The position numbers and the translations under genes were made by a program. Positions 24,688 through 33,915 of a DNA stretch of 50,521 nucleotides are shown one piece after another (the stretch's first letter is position 1; each line of letters starts with the position of its first letter). Under the pieces are notes generated by a model. It was not told the DNA's origin and ran no database searches. It saw only the letters and a list, made by a program, of their open reading frames with translations. The stretch is taken from the IMG/VR virus record IMGVR_UViG_3300020042_004377, positions 1-50,521 of that record; one strand, given 5' to 3'. Origin of the DNA: a virus. Lineage: Duplodnaviria; Caudoviricetes.

Positions 24688-25580
24688 ACATGATTTCAAA
24701 AGATGATTACGTTGGCGACTATGGCTACAACAGATTTGTAGACGTGAGTAGTGGTTCACTCAGCGCAGGGTGGAAACATTGGATTGAGGACATACCCGTG
24801 TCCTTACACCTGCTCAAGTTTTACAACGAGGTCAAGCACAAGCGTAAAGATATTGTTGTGCGTGTTGACAACCGCCCTACGAATGTTATTTGTGAGGGTG
24901 GAGAACCCGCTTACATATTCCCCGAACTGGGGTTGGCGTTCAGCGATGCGCCTGAGTTGAAGTGCGGTGGCATAGGCATGGAGAGACACATAGTGGGGGA
25001 TTGGGTGTACTACGTGCGGTCTGCACTCATAAGAAACGAGAAGTACAAACCAAGCAACAAGGATGGGTACAACGTCCTCAAGACCAAGAACTTTGCCAAG
25101 GCAATCAAGAACGTCTTGCAGTACGTCAAACCCGTTGAGATGGCATGGCTGATGGAGGACAAGGAAGCTGATTTGAGCAGAGCAGTTATGAATATTCGGG
25201 CACCTGCCCAAGAGGTGTATCACAAAGCCCTTGGCATGGGGCGTAACGCTATACGTCAAGAGATTGATAACATGATTCGCATGGGGTATGCGCCTATGAC
25301 CCAAGATTTTAAGGAAGCCTTTGCGTTGATGGAATCCCAAGGTAGCGACCTCAAGCGTGTAGCCAACTACAAACCCCGCACATGCTTTGTGTGGGCGAAG
25401 CCTGACAAGGTGGAGTTTAAGTACAGCGACGAGGACCAGATACACGTTGTGTACAACGTACAAGATGTTCCTGAGAACATAAAAGACAAGATCGCGGTCC
25501 TGCAAATTGGAGGTGATGGGGATGCCGTTATGGACGTTGGCACAAAGATTTCCAACACAATGTACTGGGTGTTCGTATGA
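24684..25580 (+). CDS. Hypothetical protein
   Basis: ORF of about 298 aa in a coupled operon. Confidence 0.8.
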   Translation: MNMISKDDYVGDYGYNRFVDVSSGSLSAGWKHWIEDIPVSLHLLKFYNEVKHKRKDIVVRVDNRPTNVICEGGEPAYIFPELGLAFSDAPELKCGGIGMERHIVGDWVYYVRSALIRNEKYKPSNKDGYNVLKTKNFAKAIKNVLQYVKPVEMAWLMEDKEADLSRAVMNIRAPAQEVYHKALGMGRNAIRQEIDNMIRMGYAPMTQDFKEAFALMESQGSDLKRVANYKPRTCFVWAKPDKVEFKYSDEDQIHVVYNVQDVPENIKDKIAVLQIGGDGDAVMDVGTKISNTMYWVFV

Positions 25581-25921
25581 GCGAGTTGGAAGTACATGTG
25601 GGCAATGACCTTGCCAAAAATCTACATGAGGCCGTGCTTGAACAGTACATACGCATGATGATGCTTGAACAAAAGATTGACGCACTCAGGGTTTGTATCA
25701 ATGACAATGGTACTTTTGACATTGTAGACTTTACAATGCCGACCCGTGGTGATAAGCTACGGAAAAACATCCCTCAAGAGGATGTTCCGCAATGGGTGAT
25801 GCAAGCGGTATCAATGCTACGCATCGCAGACACAGGGAATCTTGTAGAAGGTGTCGGGTTCAAAGTATCCGATAGAGTCTATTACCTCGAAGATAAAGGA
25901 GAAGCAGATGAACAGCAATAA
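25577..25921 (+). CDS. Hypothetical protein; C-terminus resembles that of the preceding protein
   Basis: DVPQWVMQAVSMLRI..VEGVGFKVS versus DVPENIKDKIAVLQI..VMDVGTKIS. Confidence 0.75.
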   Translation: MSELEVHVGNDLAKNLHEAVLEQYIRMMMLEQKIDALRVCINDNGTFDIVDFTMPTRGDKLRKNIPQEDVPQWVMQAVSMLRIADTGNLVEGVGFKVSDRVYYLEDKGEADEQQ

Positions 25922-26144
25922 GTTTCCGAGATACACAACCAAAACAGGTATCAAGATCGGGCAGTACTACGCCCCAATGCAGATCAACAACCTCACCGTA
26001 GAAGAAGAGCGCATTCAAAGGGTGTTACTAGGTGTACGTGAGGACATATGTGTGCTCATTGAAAAACTGGTCTACTACGGCGCAGTATTTCTTGTGGCAT
26101 TCATCATCGCGTTTCTAATGACACGCCCAGCGGGTGATGTATGA
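25908..26144 (+). CDS. Hypothetical protein with a C-terminal TM helix
   Basis: MNSNKFP..YTTKTGIKIG..YYGAVFLVAFIIAFLM. Confidence 0.7.
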   Translation: MNSNKFPRYTTKTGIKIGQYYAPMQINNLTVEEERIQRVLLGVREDICVLIEKLVYYGAVFLVAFIIAFLMTRPAGDV

Positions 26145-26344
26145 AGGCCATACTTGAATTCACATATCCCGAAGATCAAGACAAGCTACGACACGCACTC
26201 AACGGCACCAAAGCCATACACGCATTGATTGACATTCAGCTAACGGTGCGTAGCTATTTCAAGCACGATGCCGACCCATTGATGGTGCTGGCACTGGTCA
26301 GGGACTTGACCAACACGGCTTTAAACGAGTGCGGGGAGGAGTGA
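26141..26344 (+). CDS. Hypothetical protein
   Basis: MKAILEFTYPED; coupled. Confidence 0.75.
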   Translation: MKAILEFTYPEDQDKLRHALNGTKAIHALIDIQLTVRSYFKHDADPLMVLALVRDLTNTALNECGEE

Positions 26345-26466
26345 TGGAAACAATCGCAACAACAATCCTTTTGGGGTTCATAGGTGTGGTGGTTGCTGGC
26401 CTTGTGCTGGTAGCACTGATGCGCTTGTGGTTCTGGATGGATGAGAACGAGAGGGGGGATAGATGA
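26344..26466 (+). CDS. Small membrane peptide (40 aa, not in the ORF track)
   Basis: METIATTILLGFIGVVVAGLVLVALMRLWFWMDENERGDR; GGAGG RBS. Confidence 0.6.
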   Translation: METIATTILLGFIGVVVAGLVLVALMRLWFWMDENERGDR

Positions 26467-26666
26467 GATACCGCATCACATACAACGATGGGATGTATGC
26501 CGACTGGGACTCAATGCAGAAAGAACTTGCATGGGCGTACAGGTGGGGCGTGTTTATGTATGCCATTCGACTCAACATCGGCGCATGGAGAGCGGGGCAC
26601 AAGTCGTTTAAATACTGGCTGTATGTCCTACGCAGGAAACCAAAGATCACACAGGAGGAAGCATGA
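26463..26666 (+). CDS. Hypothetical protein
   Basis: 67 aa; coupled. Confidence 0.6.
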   Translation: MRYRITYNDGMYADWDSMQKELAWAYRWGVFMYAIRLNIGAWRAGHKSFKYWLYVLRRKPKITQEEA

Positions 26667-26905
26667 ACGAAGAAGACGAAGCATTTGAACAGCTATCTTT
26701 AAAGCAAGGTAGCTGGGAACACACCAGCGGCTGGCGCAAGAAACAAATTGCACACATGGATGTGCATAGCCACCCCGCTGAGTTTGTACACCTACACCGC
26801 AACGACACGCTGGAGGAGGTGGCAAAGGTTGTGGAAAAGGTGATGATAAAGCGGGGCGACACAGGGCACGATATTGCACGGCTTGTCAGGAGTATGAAGC
26901 GATGA
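26663..26905 (+). CDS. Hypothetical protein
   Basis: 80 aa; RNDTLEEVAK motif; AGGAGG RBS. Confidence 0.7.
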   Translation: MNEEDEAFEQLSLKQGSWEHTSGWRKKQIAHMDVHSHPAEFVHLHRNDTLEEVAKVVEKVMIKRGDTGHDIARLVRSMKR

Positions 26906-27000
26906 TGACCACCATTGAATTTCTGGAGTCCCATTTCTGGGCGCTGTGGTGGCTGGTTGCTTGGCTGGGCCTTTGCCTTGGAAATTGGGGGAAGAAATGA
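26902..27000 (+). CDS. Small Trp-rich membrane peptide (32 aa, not in the ORF track)
   Basis: MMTTIEFLESHFWALWWLVAWLGLCLGNWGKK; coupled at both ends. Confidence 0.5.
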   Translation: MMTTIEFLESHFWALWWLVAWLGLCLGNWGKK

Positions 27001-27326
27001 ATAACTTTTTTATGGACGCACTCAAAGTCACTGGGACTACGCTACTGCTTGTCTTAATCGCCTGTCTTTTCATCCTGGTAGGGGTTGTATTTCTGCAAGC
27101 CACATTTGGCCCAAGCGAGGAACAACGGGCCAAGGATCGCATCCCCGCCGCTGTATCAAGCGCAGACGGATGCACGGTCTACAAGTTCTACGACAACAGC
27201 AGTTGGCACTACTTCACCAAGTGCGGCGGCACGGTGACCACGACCAAAAACTACACGGAGAGCTGCGGCAAGGGCTGTAGCCGCCCCCGCACAGAGGCTA
27301 TGACAACGGAGGGGAATCAACCATGA
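26997..27326 (+). CDS. Membrane-anchored protein with a Cys-containing extracytoplasmic domain
   Basis: N-terminal TM helix; DGCTVYKFYD..YFTKC..CGKGC. Confidence 0.7.
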   Translation: MNNFFMDALKVTGTTLLLVLIACLFILVGVVFLQATFGPSEEQRAKDRIPAAVSSADGCTVYKFYDNSSWHYFTKCGGTVTTTKNYTESCGKGCSRPRTEAMTTEGNQP

Positions 27327-27577
27327 AAACTTCCGCACAGAAAAAGTTTGAATTGGCATTGCACGATGTGCCAATGTGCGCCGTATGCAACAAGCGTGTT
27401 GATCGCATGGAGTCCATGTATGACATCAACCATTATCAAAAAGGGTTTCGTGTGTACTGCCACGGACAAACTGAAGATGCGTTTCTCAGCGACATGGACA
27501 TTTGGGACGCAGACAGTATTCGCATGGGTCAGGCATTCATTGACAAGCTACCTCAACCACAACTGGAGAACAAATGA
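27323..27577 (+). CDS. Hypothetical Zn-binding protein
   Basis: CAVC..YCHG. Confidence 0.7.
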   Translation: MKTSAQKKFELALHDVPMCAVCNKRVDRMESMYDINHYQKGFRVYCHGQTEDAFLSDMDIWDADSIRMGQAFIDKLPQPQLENK

Positions 27578-27798
27578 ACAAGCCGATTACCTCCAATAAA
27601 TTTGCAACAGACACTTGGAAAATGGTGCAAATGTTGGTTGACGAAGCAGTCTTGGCAGAGCGTGAAGCGATAGCAAAAATGATTGAAGACGCACCCGCCC
27701 TGATGGACTTTGCACGGAATGACCAAGGTGGTTGCTTGATGTGTGGGTTTACGCCAAAACTGGCGGCTCAATTTATTAGAGCAAGGGGACAAGAATGA
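27574..27798 (+). CDS. Hypothetical protein
   Basis: AEREAIAK..IRARG pattern; coupled. Confidence 0.7.
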   Translation: MNKPITSNKFATDTWKMVQMLVDEAVLAEREAIAKMIEDAPALMDFARNDQGGCLMCGFTPKLAAQFIRARGQE

Positions 27799-28136
27799 TT
27801 AAAAGCGCACTGAAATATCTTGAGCCCAACGCATGTGTGCCGATTGATATGGAAACCACAATCATGCTGGTCAACGCACTCAAAGAAGCCTTGGCACAGC
27901 GCACAGAGCAAGAGCCTGTGGCATGGTACGACCCAAGCAACGGCGTGGTCAGTACAGATAGAGACTGTCCGCTGTTTACACCGCTTGGTCAGGTGTGGCC
28001 TTTGTATCCAAAGGGTGAGTGGGTAGGGCTGACGGATGAGGAAATTTGGACTGTTTTGCAATTTAGAGGGTACAACAAAGACACTATTGAAATTGCCAAA
28101 GCCATTGAGGCCAAACTCAAGGAGAAGAACACATGA
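27795..28136 (+). CDS. Hypothetical protein (QEPVAW / WVGLTDEE family)
   Basis: QEPVAW..PLY..WVGLTDEEI..AIEAKLKEKN. Confidence 0.75.
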   Translation: MIKSALKYLEPNACVPIDMETTIMLVNALKEALAQRTEQEPVAWYDPSNGVVSTDRDCPLFTPLGQVWPLYPKGEWVGLTDEEIWTVLQFRGYNKDTIEIAKAIEAKLKEKNT

Positions 28137-28888
28137 TCTTTCTCATTAGGAAGCGCAAACTGGTGATTGATATGTTCACCTGTCGGCAGATGGTGTTTGA
28201 TGCGGCAAAGCCCAAAGCGGCGGCGCACTTCTACCCACAATGGTGGAAGGACTTGAAGCTGGAGATACCCATCCAGAACAGTTTGTTCCCTACTGCCACT
28301 ATGAAGCGGTGCATGGGTGTGGTCGATCACTACAAGCATGGCATCGTTCAACCGCTGTGGTCTGACTACACGCTGGAGGTGGGCGCTATTGGTGACCCGC
28401 ACTGGGCCGGGCAATTCTCTGACAGCACAAGCACCATGAGCCAGCACCCTGCTGTGTTACGTGGGTCGTTTGCGCCTGAGTCTCACTACTGCCACATGAA
28501 GTTTGACAACCCTTGGGTAGCAAGCTGTAAAGAAGATGTTTACTTCAAGTGGGAGCAACCAACGTGGAGTATGCCGAGTCTGTCCAGCTACGTCTTGTTA
28601 CCGGGCACGACTGAGTTTAAATACCAGTACAGCATGAATACAAACCTGCTGTTTGTGAAGGGGGCAACCACGATCACACATCGCTTGAAGTTTGGTCAGC
28701 CGTTGGTACACCTGACTGCGTTGACCGAGCGGGAGGTTGATCTGCGCCACCACATGGTTGAGCGTGAAGAGTACAACAAGTACTTGCAGGGCGAGAAGTT
28801 GAGTAACCTCAACCGATACCGCGAGTACCGCAGGGTGCGCGAGTCTGAAGAAAGCAAATGCCCGTTTGGGTTTGGGAGAAAGACATGA
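28133..28888 (+). CDS. Hypothetical protein, possibly DUF6065-like
   Basis: PQWWKDL..TMKRCMG..PLWSD..KFDNPW..LPG..GQPLVHL. Confidence 0.55.
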   Translation: MIFLIRKRKLVIDMFTCRQMVFDAAKPKAAAHFYPQWWKDLKLEIPIQNSLFPTATMKRCMGVVDHYKHGIVQPLWSDYTLEVGAIGDPHWAGQFSDSTSTMSQHPAVLRGSFAPESHYCHMKFDNPWVASCKEDVYFKWEQPTWSMPSLSSYVLLPGTTEFKYQYSMNTNLLFVKGATTITHRLKFGQPLVHLTALTEREVDLRHHMVEREEYNKYLQGEKLSNLNRYREYRRVRESEESKCPFGFGRKT

Positions 28889-29130
28889 GCAAATGGGATA
28901 ACCACAAGGACAGGGGCAACACCACCTTCAACAGGTGGGCAGAAGCCAACAGCGTTGCGAAGATGACACGCGAGATCAACACCTGGATGCACCAGCAGGG
29001 GCAACTGTGTTGGGCTTGCCAAAAAACATCACGCCCCCAACAAGGATGCGTACTCACCATAAAGCCAGGGTTTAAGAAGTATGTGTGTAAAGAATGTGTT
29101 GACGCACGCAAACCAAAGGAAATTATATGA
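28885..29130 (+). CDS. Small zinc-finger protein
   Basis: CWAC..CKEC. Confidence 0.65.
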   Translation: MSKWDNHKDRGNTTFNRWAEANSVAKMTREINTWMHQQGQLCWACQKTSRPQQGCVLTIKPGFKKYVCKECVDARKPKEII

Positions 29131-29318
29131 AAGGTGGGGCAAGACCGGGCAGTGGGCGCAAGCCCACACTGATTGACGAGCGAAGAGCCTTGAGCCTACA
29201 CAAGCAGGGCGAGTCAATGCGGAAGATTGCCGAGCGGTTCGGTGTGAGCATCCAAGTAATCAAGTATTTTTTTAAGAAGCAAAGGAGGTTAGCAAATGAC
29301 GCCAGAGAAAAAAGTTAA
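29127..29318 (+). CDS. Small HTH DNA-binding protein
   Basis: GGARPGSGRKP hook plus GESMRKIAERFGVS HTH. Confidence 0.75.
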   Translation: MKGGARPGSGRKPTLIDERRALSLHKQGESMRKIAERFGVSIQVIKYFFKKQRRLANDAREKS

Positions 29319-29610
29319 GCAGAAGGTGGTCGATATGTTGAGAAAACATGACCCTGATATCTATTTCTTTTACCCCGTGGCAGGGGGGTATGGTTCAGCG
29401 GGTATCCCAGATATTGTGGGGTGTTACTGCGGAAGATTTTTTGCAATTGAGTGTAAGGCTGGCAAAGGCAAGACCACTGCATTGCAAGAGAAGAACATTG
29501 ATCGTATCCGTGAATGCGAGGGTCGCGTTATGGTGGTCAATGAGGAGAACTTGGACGATGTTCAAGTAATGTTGGAGAGTATAGAAACACACTTAAAAGG
29601 AGTGTATTGA
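29296..29610 (+). CDS. VRR-NUC / Holliday-junction resolvase-like nuclease
   Basis: MTPE..GIPDI..FAIECKAG..TALQ PD-(D/E)XK pattern. Confidence 0.85.
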   Translation: MTPEKKVKQKVVDMLRKHDPDIYFFYPVAGGYGSAGIPDIVGCYCGRFFAIECKAGKGKTTALQEKNIDRIRECEGRVMVVNEENLDDVQVMLESIETHLKGVY

Positions 29611-29611
29611 A

Positions 29612-30241
29612 ATGGGAACTTTAAAAGACGAAATGACCAAAATCCTAGACCAATGGGATAGTGAAGCACTTAAATCATCAACCGTAAAGGAGAATGCCAT
29701 GAGCACAGCACCACAAGAAACCAAGAAACCCATTCGTGGGGATTTGACCAAGTACATACTTGATATCGTTCACGCCAATCCTGGCATCACAAGCATGATG
29801 CTGAAGGAATTTATGAAAAAACAAAATAAAGAACGGTACCTTAATCAAGCGGCATCAATGCTTAATCAGCTATCAAACAGCCACCACCTATCCCGTGAAG
29901 TGGCACCTATGCGGCATCTGGGGCGTGAGGTGTTTCAACACTTTGTTGTATCCGATGATGTGCGTATAAAAACGGTTGAGGAAGAGAGAGCCCGACTCAA
30001 AGTAATGCAAGCCCGTGCTGAGAAAGCCCGTGCCGCCAAGGCCGCAAAGAAAGCGGCAAAGGAAGTAAAGGCACAAGTGGTAGAAGAAGCACCCAAACCT
30101 TTGATGCGCGACCCGAAACCCGCACCCTCTGCCGCCGCACCATACGTGGTGAAACTTAATGCAGAAAACATTTTGCAGAACATTTCAATCTTAGAAGCCC
30201 GTGCGTTGTACGAAGCCCTTAAAGAAATCTTTGGCAAGTAA
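29612..30241 (+). CDS. Hypothetical protein, possible winged helix
   Basis: 209 aa; ILDIVHANPGIT; AK-rich helix. Confidence 0.65.
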   Translation: MGTLKDEMTKILDQWDSEALKSSTVKENAMSTAPQETKKPIRGDLTKYILDIVHANPGITSMMLKEFMKKQNKERYLNQAASMLNQLSNSHHLSREVAPMRHLGREVFQHFVVSDDVRIKTVEEERARLKVMQARAEKARAAKAAKKAAKEVKAQVVEEAPKPLMRDPKPAPSAAAPYVVKLNAENILQNISILEARALYEALKEIFGK

Positions 30242-30243
30242 CA

Positions 30244-30462
30244 ATGGGACGGATGAAAGATAAGTGGCTCCAAGAAATAGAGCACACGGAAATCTACGAA
30301 CAGGCACGAGAAGAAGGCCGAGTGATTGTCATTGGGGACTATGCCATCTGGGATTTAAACCATGAACAGTTTGGCATGTCTCATCGCAACGGTGAGGTGG
30401 GTGTATTCAAGAAAGCAGATTTTGAAGCCTACCTTGCCGCATTTTTTGGATTGAACTTTTAA
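30244..30462 (+). CDS. Hypothetical protein
   Basis: 72 aa; stop overlaps the polymerase start. Confidence 0.65.
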   Translation: MGRMKDKWLQEIEHTEIYEQAREEGRVIVIGDYAIWDLNHEQFGMSHRNGEVGVFKKADFEAYLAAFFGLNF

Positions 30463-32297
30463 TGAACATCTTAACGGTAGATTTTGAGACGTACTACACC
30501 AACAAGGATTTGGGATTCAAAACCCAGACCACAGAGGAATACGTGCGTGACCCGCGCTTTGAGGAGATCGGAATGTCGGTCAAGGTCAACGATGGCGAGA
30601 CGCTATGGTTCTCCGATGCACGTGAACACATGAGAGGCTGGTTACGCCACTTTGATTGGAGCCGCAGTCTGGTGATTGCCCACAATGCCATGTTTGATAT
30701 GTCGATTCTCAACTGGCACTACGGCATCAAACCGCTTGCCATTGCGGATACTTTGAGCATGGCACGGGCAATCCACGGCACTGAGGTGGGCAACAGCTTG
30801 GACAAGCTGACCCAGCACTACAAACTTGGGAAGAAGGGCGATGACACCAAGTGGGCGATCAACATGCGCCGTGAGGACTTCACCAAGGAACAACTTGAGC
30901 GGTATGGTGCGTATTGTTCAAACGATGTGGACTTGACCTACGACTTGTTCTTGCACCTCTTGCCATCGTTCAACAAGATGGAACTCAAACTGATTGACAC
31001 CACTGTCAGGATGTTTACAGAACCTGTGTTGAGGCTCGATCCGGATCAGCTTTCTAAACACCTTGTGGATGTACGTTCTAAGAAGGCTGATTTACTCACG
31101 GCAGCCTCAGCCGATGTAAGTGATCTTATGTCCAACCCGAAGTTTGCCGAACTTTTGCGTGGGCTTGGAGTTGAACCACCCACCAAGAAAAGCCCGACCA
31201 CGGGCAAAGAGACGCTTGCACTGGCTAAGAACGATGAGGAATTTAAGGCTCTGGCCGATCACCCTGATGTGCGTGTGCAGGCACTTGTTGCCGCACGTTT
31301 GGGAAACAAGACCACCTTGGAGGAGACTCGAACTGAACGGTTGATCGCCATCGCCAATCGGGGAACGATACCTGTACCCCTCTCTTACTATGCCGCACAC
31401 ACGGGGCGGTGGGGCGGTGCGGACAAACTGAACTTCCAGAACCTGCCGTCCCGTGGGGAAAACGCCAACAAGTTGAAGAAGTCTATTCTTGCGCCCGAAG
31501 GTCACGTCATCATTGACTGCGACTCATCACAGATTGAGGCACGGGTGCTGGCTTGGTTCGCTGAACAGAACGATTTGGTGGAGGCGTTTGCACGTAAGGA
31601 AGATGTGTACTGCATCATGGCGGCAGAGATTTACAAAAAACCCGCCGCAGAAGTCTTGGATACCAAAGAGAACCCCGAGCGATTTGTGGGCAAGACAACC
31701 ATCCTTGGTGCAGGGTACGGTATGGGTGGGCCAAAGTTTAAGACGCAACTCAAAACCTTTGGGGTGGACACCACAGATGAAGAAGCATCTGCGATCATCA
31801 AAACGTACCGGGAAACCTACGCTTGGATTCCAACGCTTTGGAAGACGGGCTCCAAGGCAATTGACGCAATGTCAAAGGGACGCACCAGCAAATGGGGCAA
31901 GTCTGGAATTGTAAGTATTGATAAAGATGGCATACTTATGCCTAATGGTATGTATCAGCGGTATCCGAACTTGCGGATGGTGAAAGACAAAGACGGGAAA
32001 GAGCAGTATATTTACGACTCCCGCAAAGGGTCGGTGAAGCTGTACGGTGGCAAGTTGACAGAGAACGTTTGTCAGGGCTTGGCACGTATCATCATTGGCG
32101 AACAACTCTTGCGGATTGCGAAGAGATACCGTGTCGTACTCACCGTACACGATGCTGTGGCGTGTGTGGCCCCCAAAGAAGAGGCCGAAGAAGCGATGGC
32201 ATACGCGATGGAGTGCATGAGGTTTGTACCCGAGTGGGCACAAGGTATCCCCCTAAACTGTGAAGCTGGATATGGAGAGAGTTATGGAGATTGTTGA
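30462..32297 (+). CDS. polA: DNA polymerase family A with 3'-5' exonuclease
   Basis: ExoI DFET, ExoII AHNAMFD, ExoIII YCSND; TGRW, NFQNLP; motif A DSSQIEAR; motif B RFVGKTTILGAGYG; motif C VHD. Confidence 0.95.
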   Translation: MNILTVDFETYYTNKDLGFKTQTTEEYVRDPRFEEIGMSVKVNDGETLWFSDAREHMRGWLRHFDWSRSLVIAHNAMFDMSILNWHYGIKPLAIADTLSMARAIHGTEVGNSLDKLTQHYKLGKKGDDTKWAINMRREDFTKEQLERYGAYCSNDVDLTYDLFLHLLPSFNKMELKLIDTTVRMFTEPVLRLDPDQLSKHLVDVRSKKADLLTAASADVSDLMSNPKFAELLRGLGVEPPTKKSPTTGKETLALAKNDEEFKALADHPDVRVQALVAARLGNKTTLEETRTERLIAIANRGTIPVPLSYYAAHTGRWGGADKLNFQNLPSRGENANKLKKSILAPEGHVIIDCDSSQIEARVLAWFAEQNDLVEAFARKEDVYCIMAAEIYKKPAAEVLDTKENPERFVGKTTILGAGYGMGGPKFKTQLKTFGVDTTDEEASAIIKTYRETYAWIPTLWKTGSKAIDAMSKGRTSKWGKSGIVSIDKDGILMPNGMYQRYPNLRMVKDKDGKEQYIYDSRKGSVKLYGGKLTENVCQGLARIIIGEQLLRIAKRYRVVLTVHDAVACVAPKEEAEEAMAYAMECMRFVPEWAQGIPLNCEAGYGESYGDC

Positions 32298-32508
32298 TTA
32301 CGCCTACCCCTGCATGATGGCAGAGCGTGGGTTGAAGGATGCACACGATGCCGTGTTGCATGGGGACTTGGATGCGGCGATTGAACACACCCTGCAAGCC
32401 ATTGTCGATGCCCGACTGATGTTGAACTCATTGAAGCACATGAAGGAACCCCATGTACATATGGACGAAGCGCATGGAACTGGCGCGGCAACGAGCCAGA
32501 CAGCCTAA
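32284..32508 (+). CDS. Hypothetical protein
   Basis: MEIVDYAYPCMMAERGLK; GGAG RBS. Confidence 0.65.
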   Translation: MEIVDYAYPCMMAERGLKDAHDAVLHGDLDAAIEHTLQAIVDARLMLNSLKHMKEPHVHMDEAHGTGAATSQTA

Positions 32509-32710
32509 AGATGCGTTCCCCGCATATGACAGCAAAGAGTATTACCCTGCGTTGGAACTGCTACGTCAAGAGTGCGACATGGTGAACAACGGACACACAC
32601 GCAAAACCGTTAGGGATTGGAAGATCAAGCGCGAGTTTTGGATGTGCGTTGAGTGCGGTGCATCGCAGGGATTGGTTTTGGAATCTACATACGACAGGGA
32701 ACAAGAATGA
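32453..32710 (+). CDS. Hypothetical Zn-binding protein
   Basis: C..GH..CVECG; coupled to the next gene. Confidence 0.55.
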   Translation: MYIWTKRMELARQRARQPKDAFPAYDSKEYYPALELLRQECDMVNNGHTRKTVRDWKIKREFWMCVECGASQGLVLESTYDREQE

Positions 32711-33393
32711 CAACAGCACCTGCATGGAGTTACTCCAGCATCACGATGTTTGACCAGTGCCCGAAGAAGTATCACCACATTCGGGTGCTCAAGGACATTA
32801 AAGAACCTGAGAGCGAAGCCATGATGTATGGCAAGGACGTACACCTTGCGGCTGAGAACTACATGCGCGATGACACGCCCATACCGCCAAAGTACGCCTA
32901 CATGGAGCCGTTTCTTCTAAAGCTAAAAACCATCCCAGGCGAGAAATTCTGTGAGCACAAGATGGGCATCAAGCAGGTGGACGGACGCCTTGCACCGTGT
33001 GGGTTCTTTGACCGCGATGTTTGGTATAGGGGGGTGGCTGACCTGATTATCATAAACCGCGACAAAGGCGAAGCACGGGTGGTGGACTACAAGACAGGTA
33101 AGAGTGCCAAGTATGCCGACCCCAAACAGCTTGCTCTCATGGCGGCGTGTGTGTTCTTGCACTTTCCAGAAATAGAGCGCGTGCGAGCGGGCCTTCTGTT
33201 TGTCGTGTCCAAAGATTTTGTACGATCTGAATACACAGCCAACGCGGGGTTAGCCATATTTTCACAACTGGACGATACGTTGACGGCAAGGGGGACTGCA
33301 TACGCTACAGGCGTGTTCAACCCCAAGAAAAATTTTACTTGCAAAGCGTGGTGTCCAGTGCTAGATTGTCACCATAACGGAAGGAATCCATAA
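32707..33393 (+). CDS. Cas4/RecB-like PD-(D/E)XK exonuclease
   Basis: WSYSS..QCP; GVADL..VVDYKTGK..QL; C-terminal CxxxCxxxxC. Confidence 0.85.
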   Translation: MTTAPAWSYSSITMFDQCPKKYHHIRVLKDIKEPESEAMMYGKDVHLAAENYMRDDTPIPPKYAYMEPFLLKLKTIPGEKFCEHKMGIKQVDGRLAPCGFFDRDVWYRGVADLIIINRDKGEARVVDYKTGKSAKYADPKQLALMAACVFLHFPEIERVRAGLLFVVSKDFVRSEYTANAGLAIFSQLDDTLTARGTAYATGVFNPKKNFTCKAWCPVLDCHHNGRNP

Positions 33394-33710
33394 TGCCGTA
33401 CAAAAACAAATCAGACCGCGATGCCAAACATGAATGGCAAGTGGAGAAGAAACGCCCCGGCGCACATGAAGCGCGAATGGAGCGACAACGTGCGAGACGT
33501 GCCCTTGATAAAAAGGGTAAAGACCTCAACAATAATGGCAAGGCAGATGCACGTGAGGGCAAGGATGTTGCCCACGTGAAAGCCTTGGACAAAGGCGGGT
33601 TGAACCGCGATGGTGTACGAATTGAATCAGCCTCAAAGAACAGATCATTCAAGCGTGACTCCAATCACAACTTGGTCTCTGAGGTAAGCAAGCGGGAGCG
33701 CAAGAAATAG
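33393..33710 (+). CDS. HNH-like basic protein
   Basis: GKDVAHVKALDKGG..VRIESASKNRS, a degenerate HNH pattern. Confidence 0.6.
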   Translation: MPYKNKSDRDAKHEWQVEKKRPGAHEARMERQRARRALDKKGKDLNNNGKADAREGKDVAHVKALDKGGLNRDGVRIESASKNRSFKRDSNHNLVSEVSKRERKK

Positions 33711-33724
33711 TTTTTGATGGAGCA

Positions 33725-33862
33725 CTGCCGAAGTAAGGTGCGAGTGATAGGCAGAGCCGGGGGTTTTTGATATTTTTCCCCTTTCATAAATAACCGCACC
33801 AGTCAGCACGATTGTAAATCCTTTCAAGGTCGGGAACTGACGGACAGCCTGGAGAGACAGGC
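33725..33862 (+). ncRNA. Candidate structured intergenic RNA with pyrimidine-rich loops
   Basis: Stems CTGCC/GGCAG, GGTGCG/CGCACC, GTCAG/CTGAC and GCCTG/CAGGC; loops TTTTTCCCCTTT and AAATCCTTT. Confidence 0.45.
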
Positions 33863-33915
33863 ACAAATCTAACCTTCAAACATAGTGTTTGGAGTGCATA
33901 ACTATCGGAGAGATT

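Noticed and set aside
24804-25685. 293-aa minus-strand ORF
   Set aside because: Antisense to two coupled plus-strand genes in a uniformly plus-strand arm
33393-33710. HNH-like ORF as a mobile intron or homing element
   Set aside because: Flanking genes are intact and translationally coupled, the motif is degenerate, and no intron core was recognised
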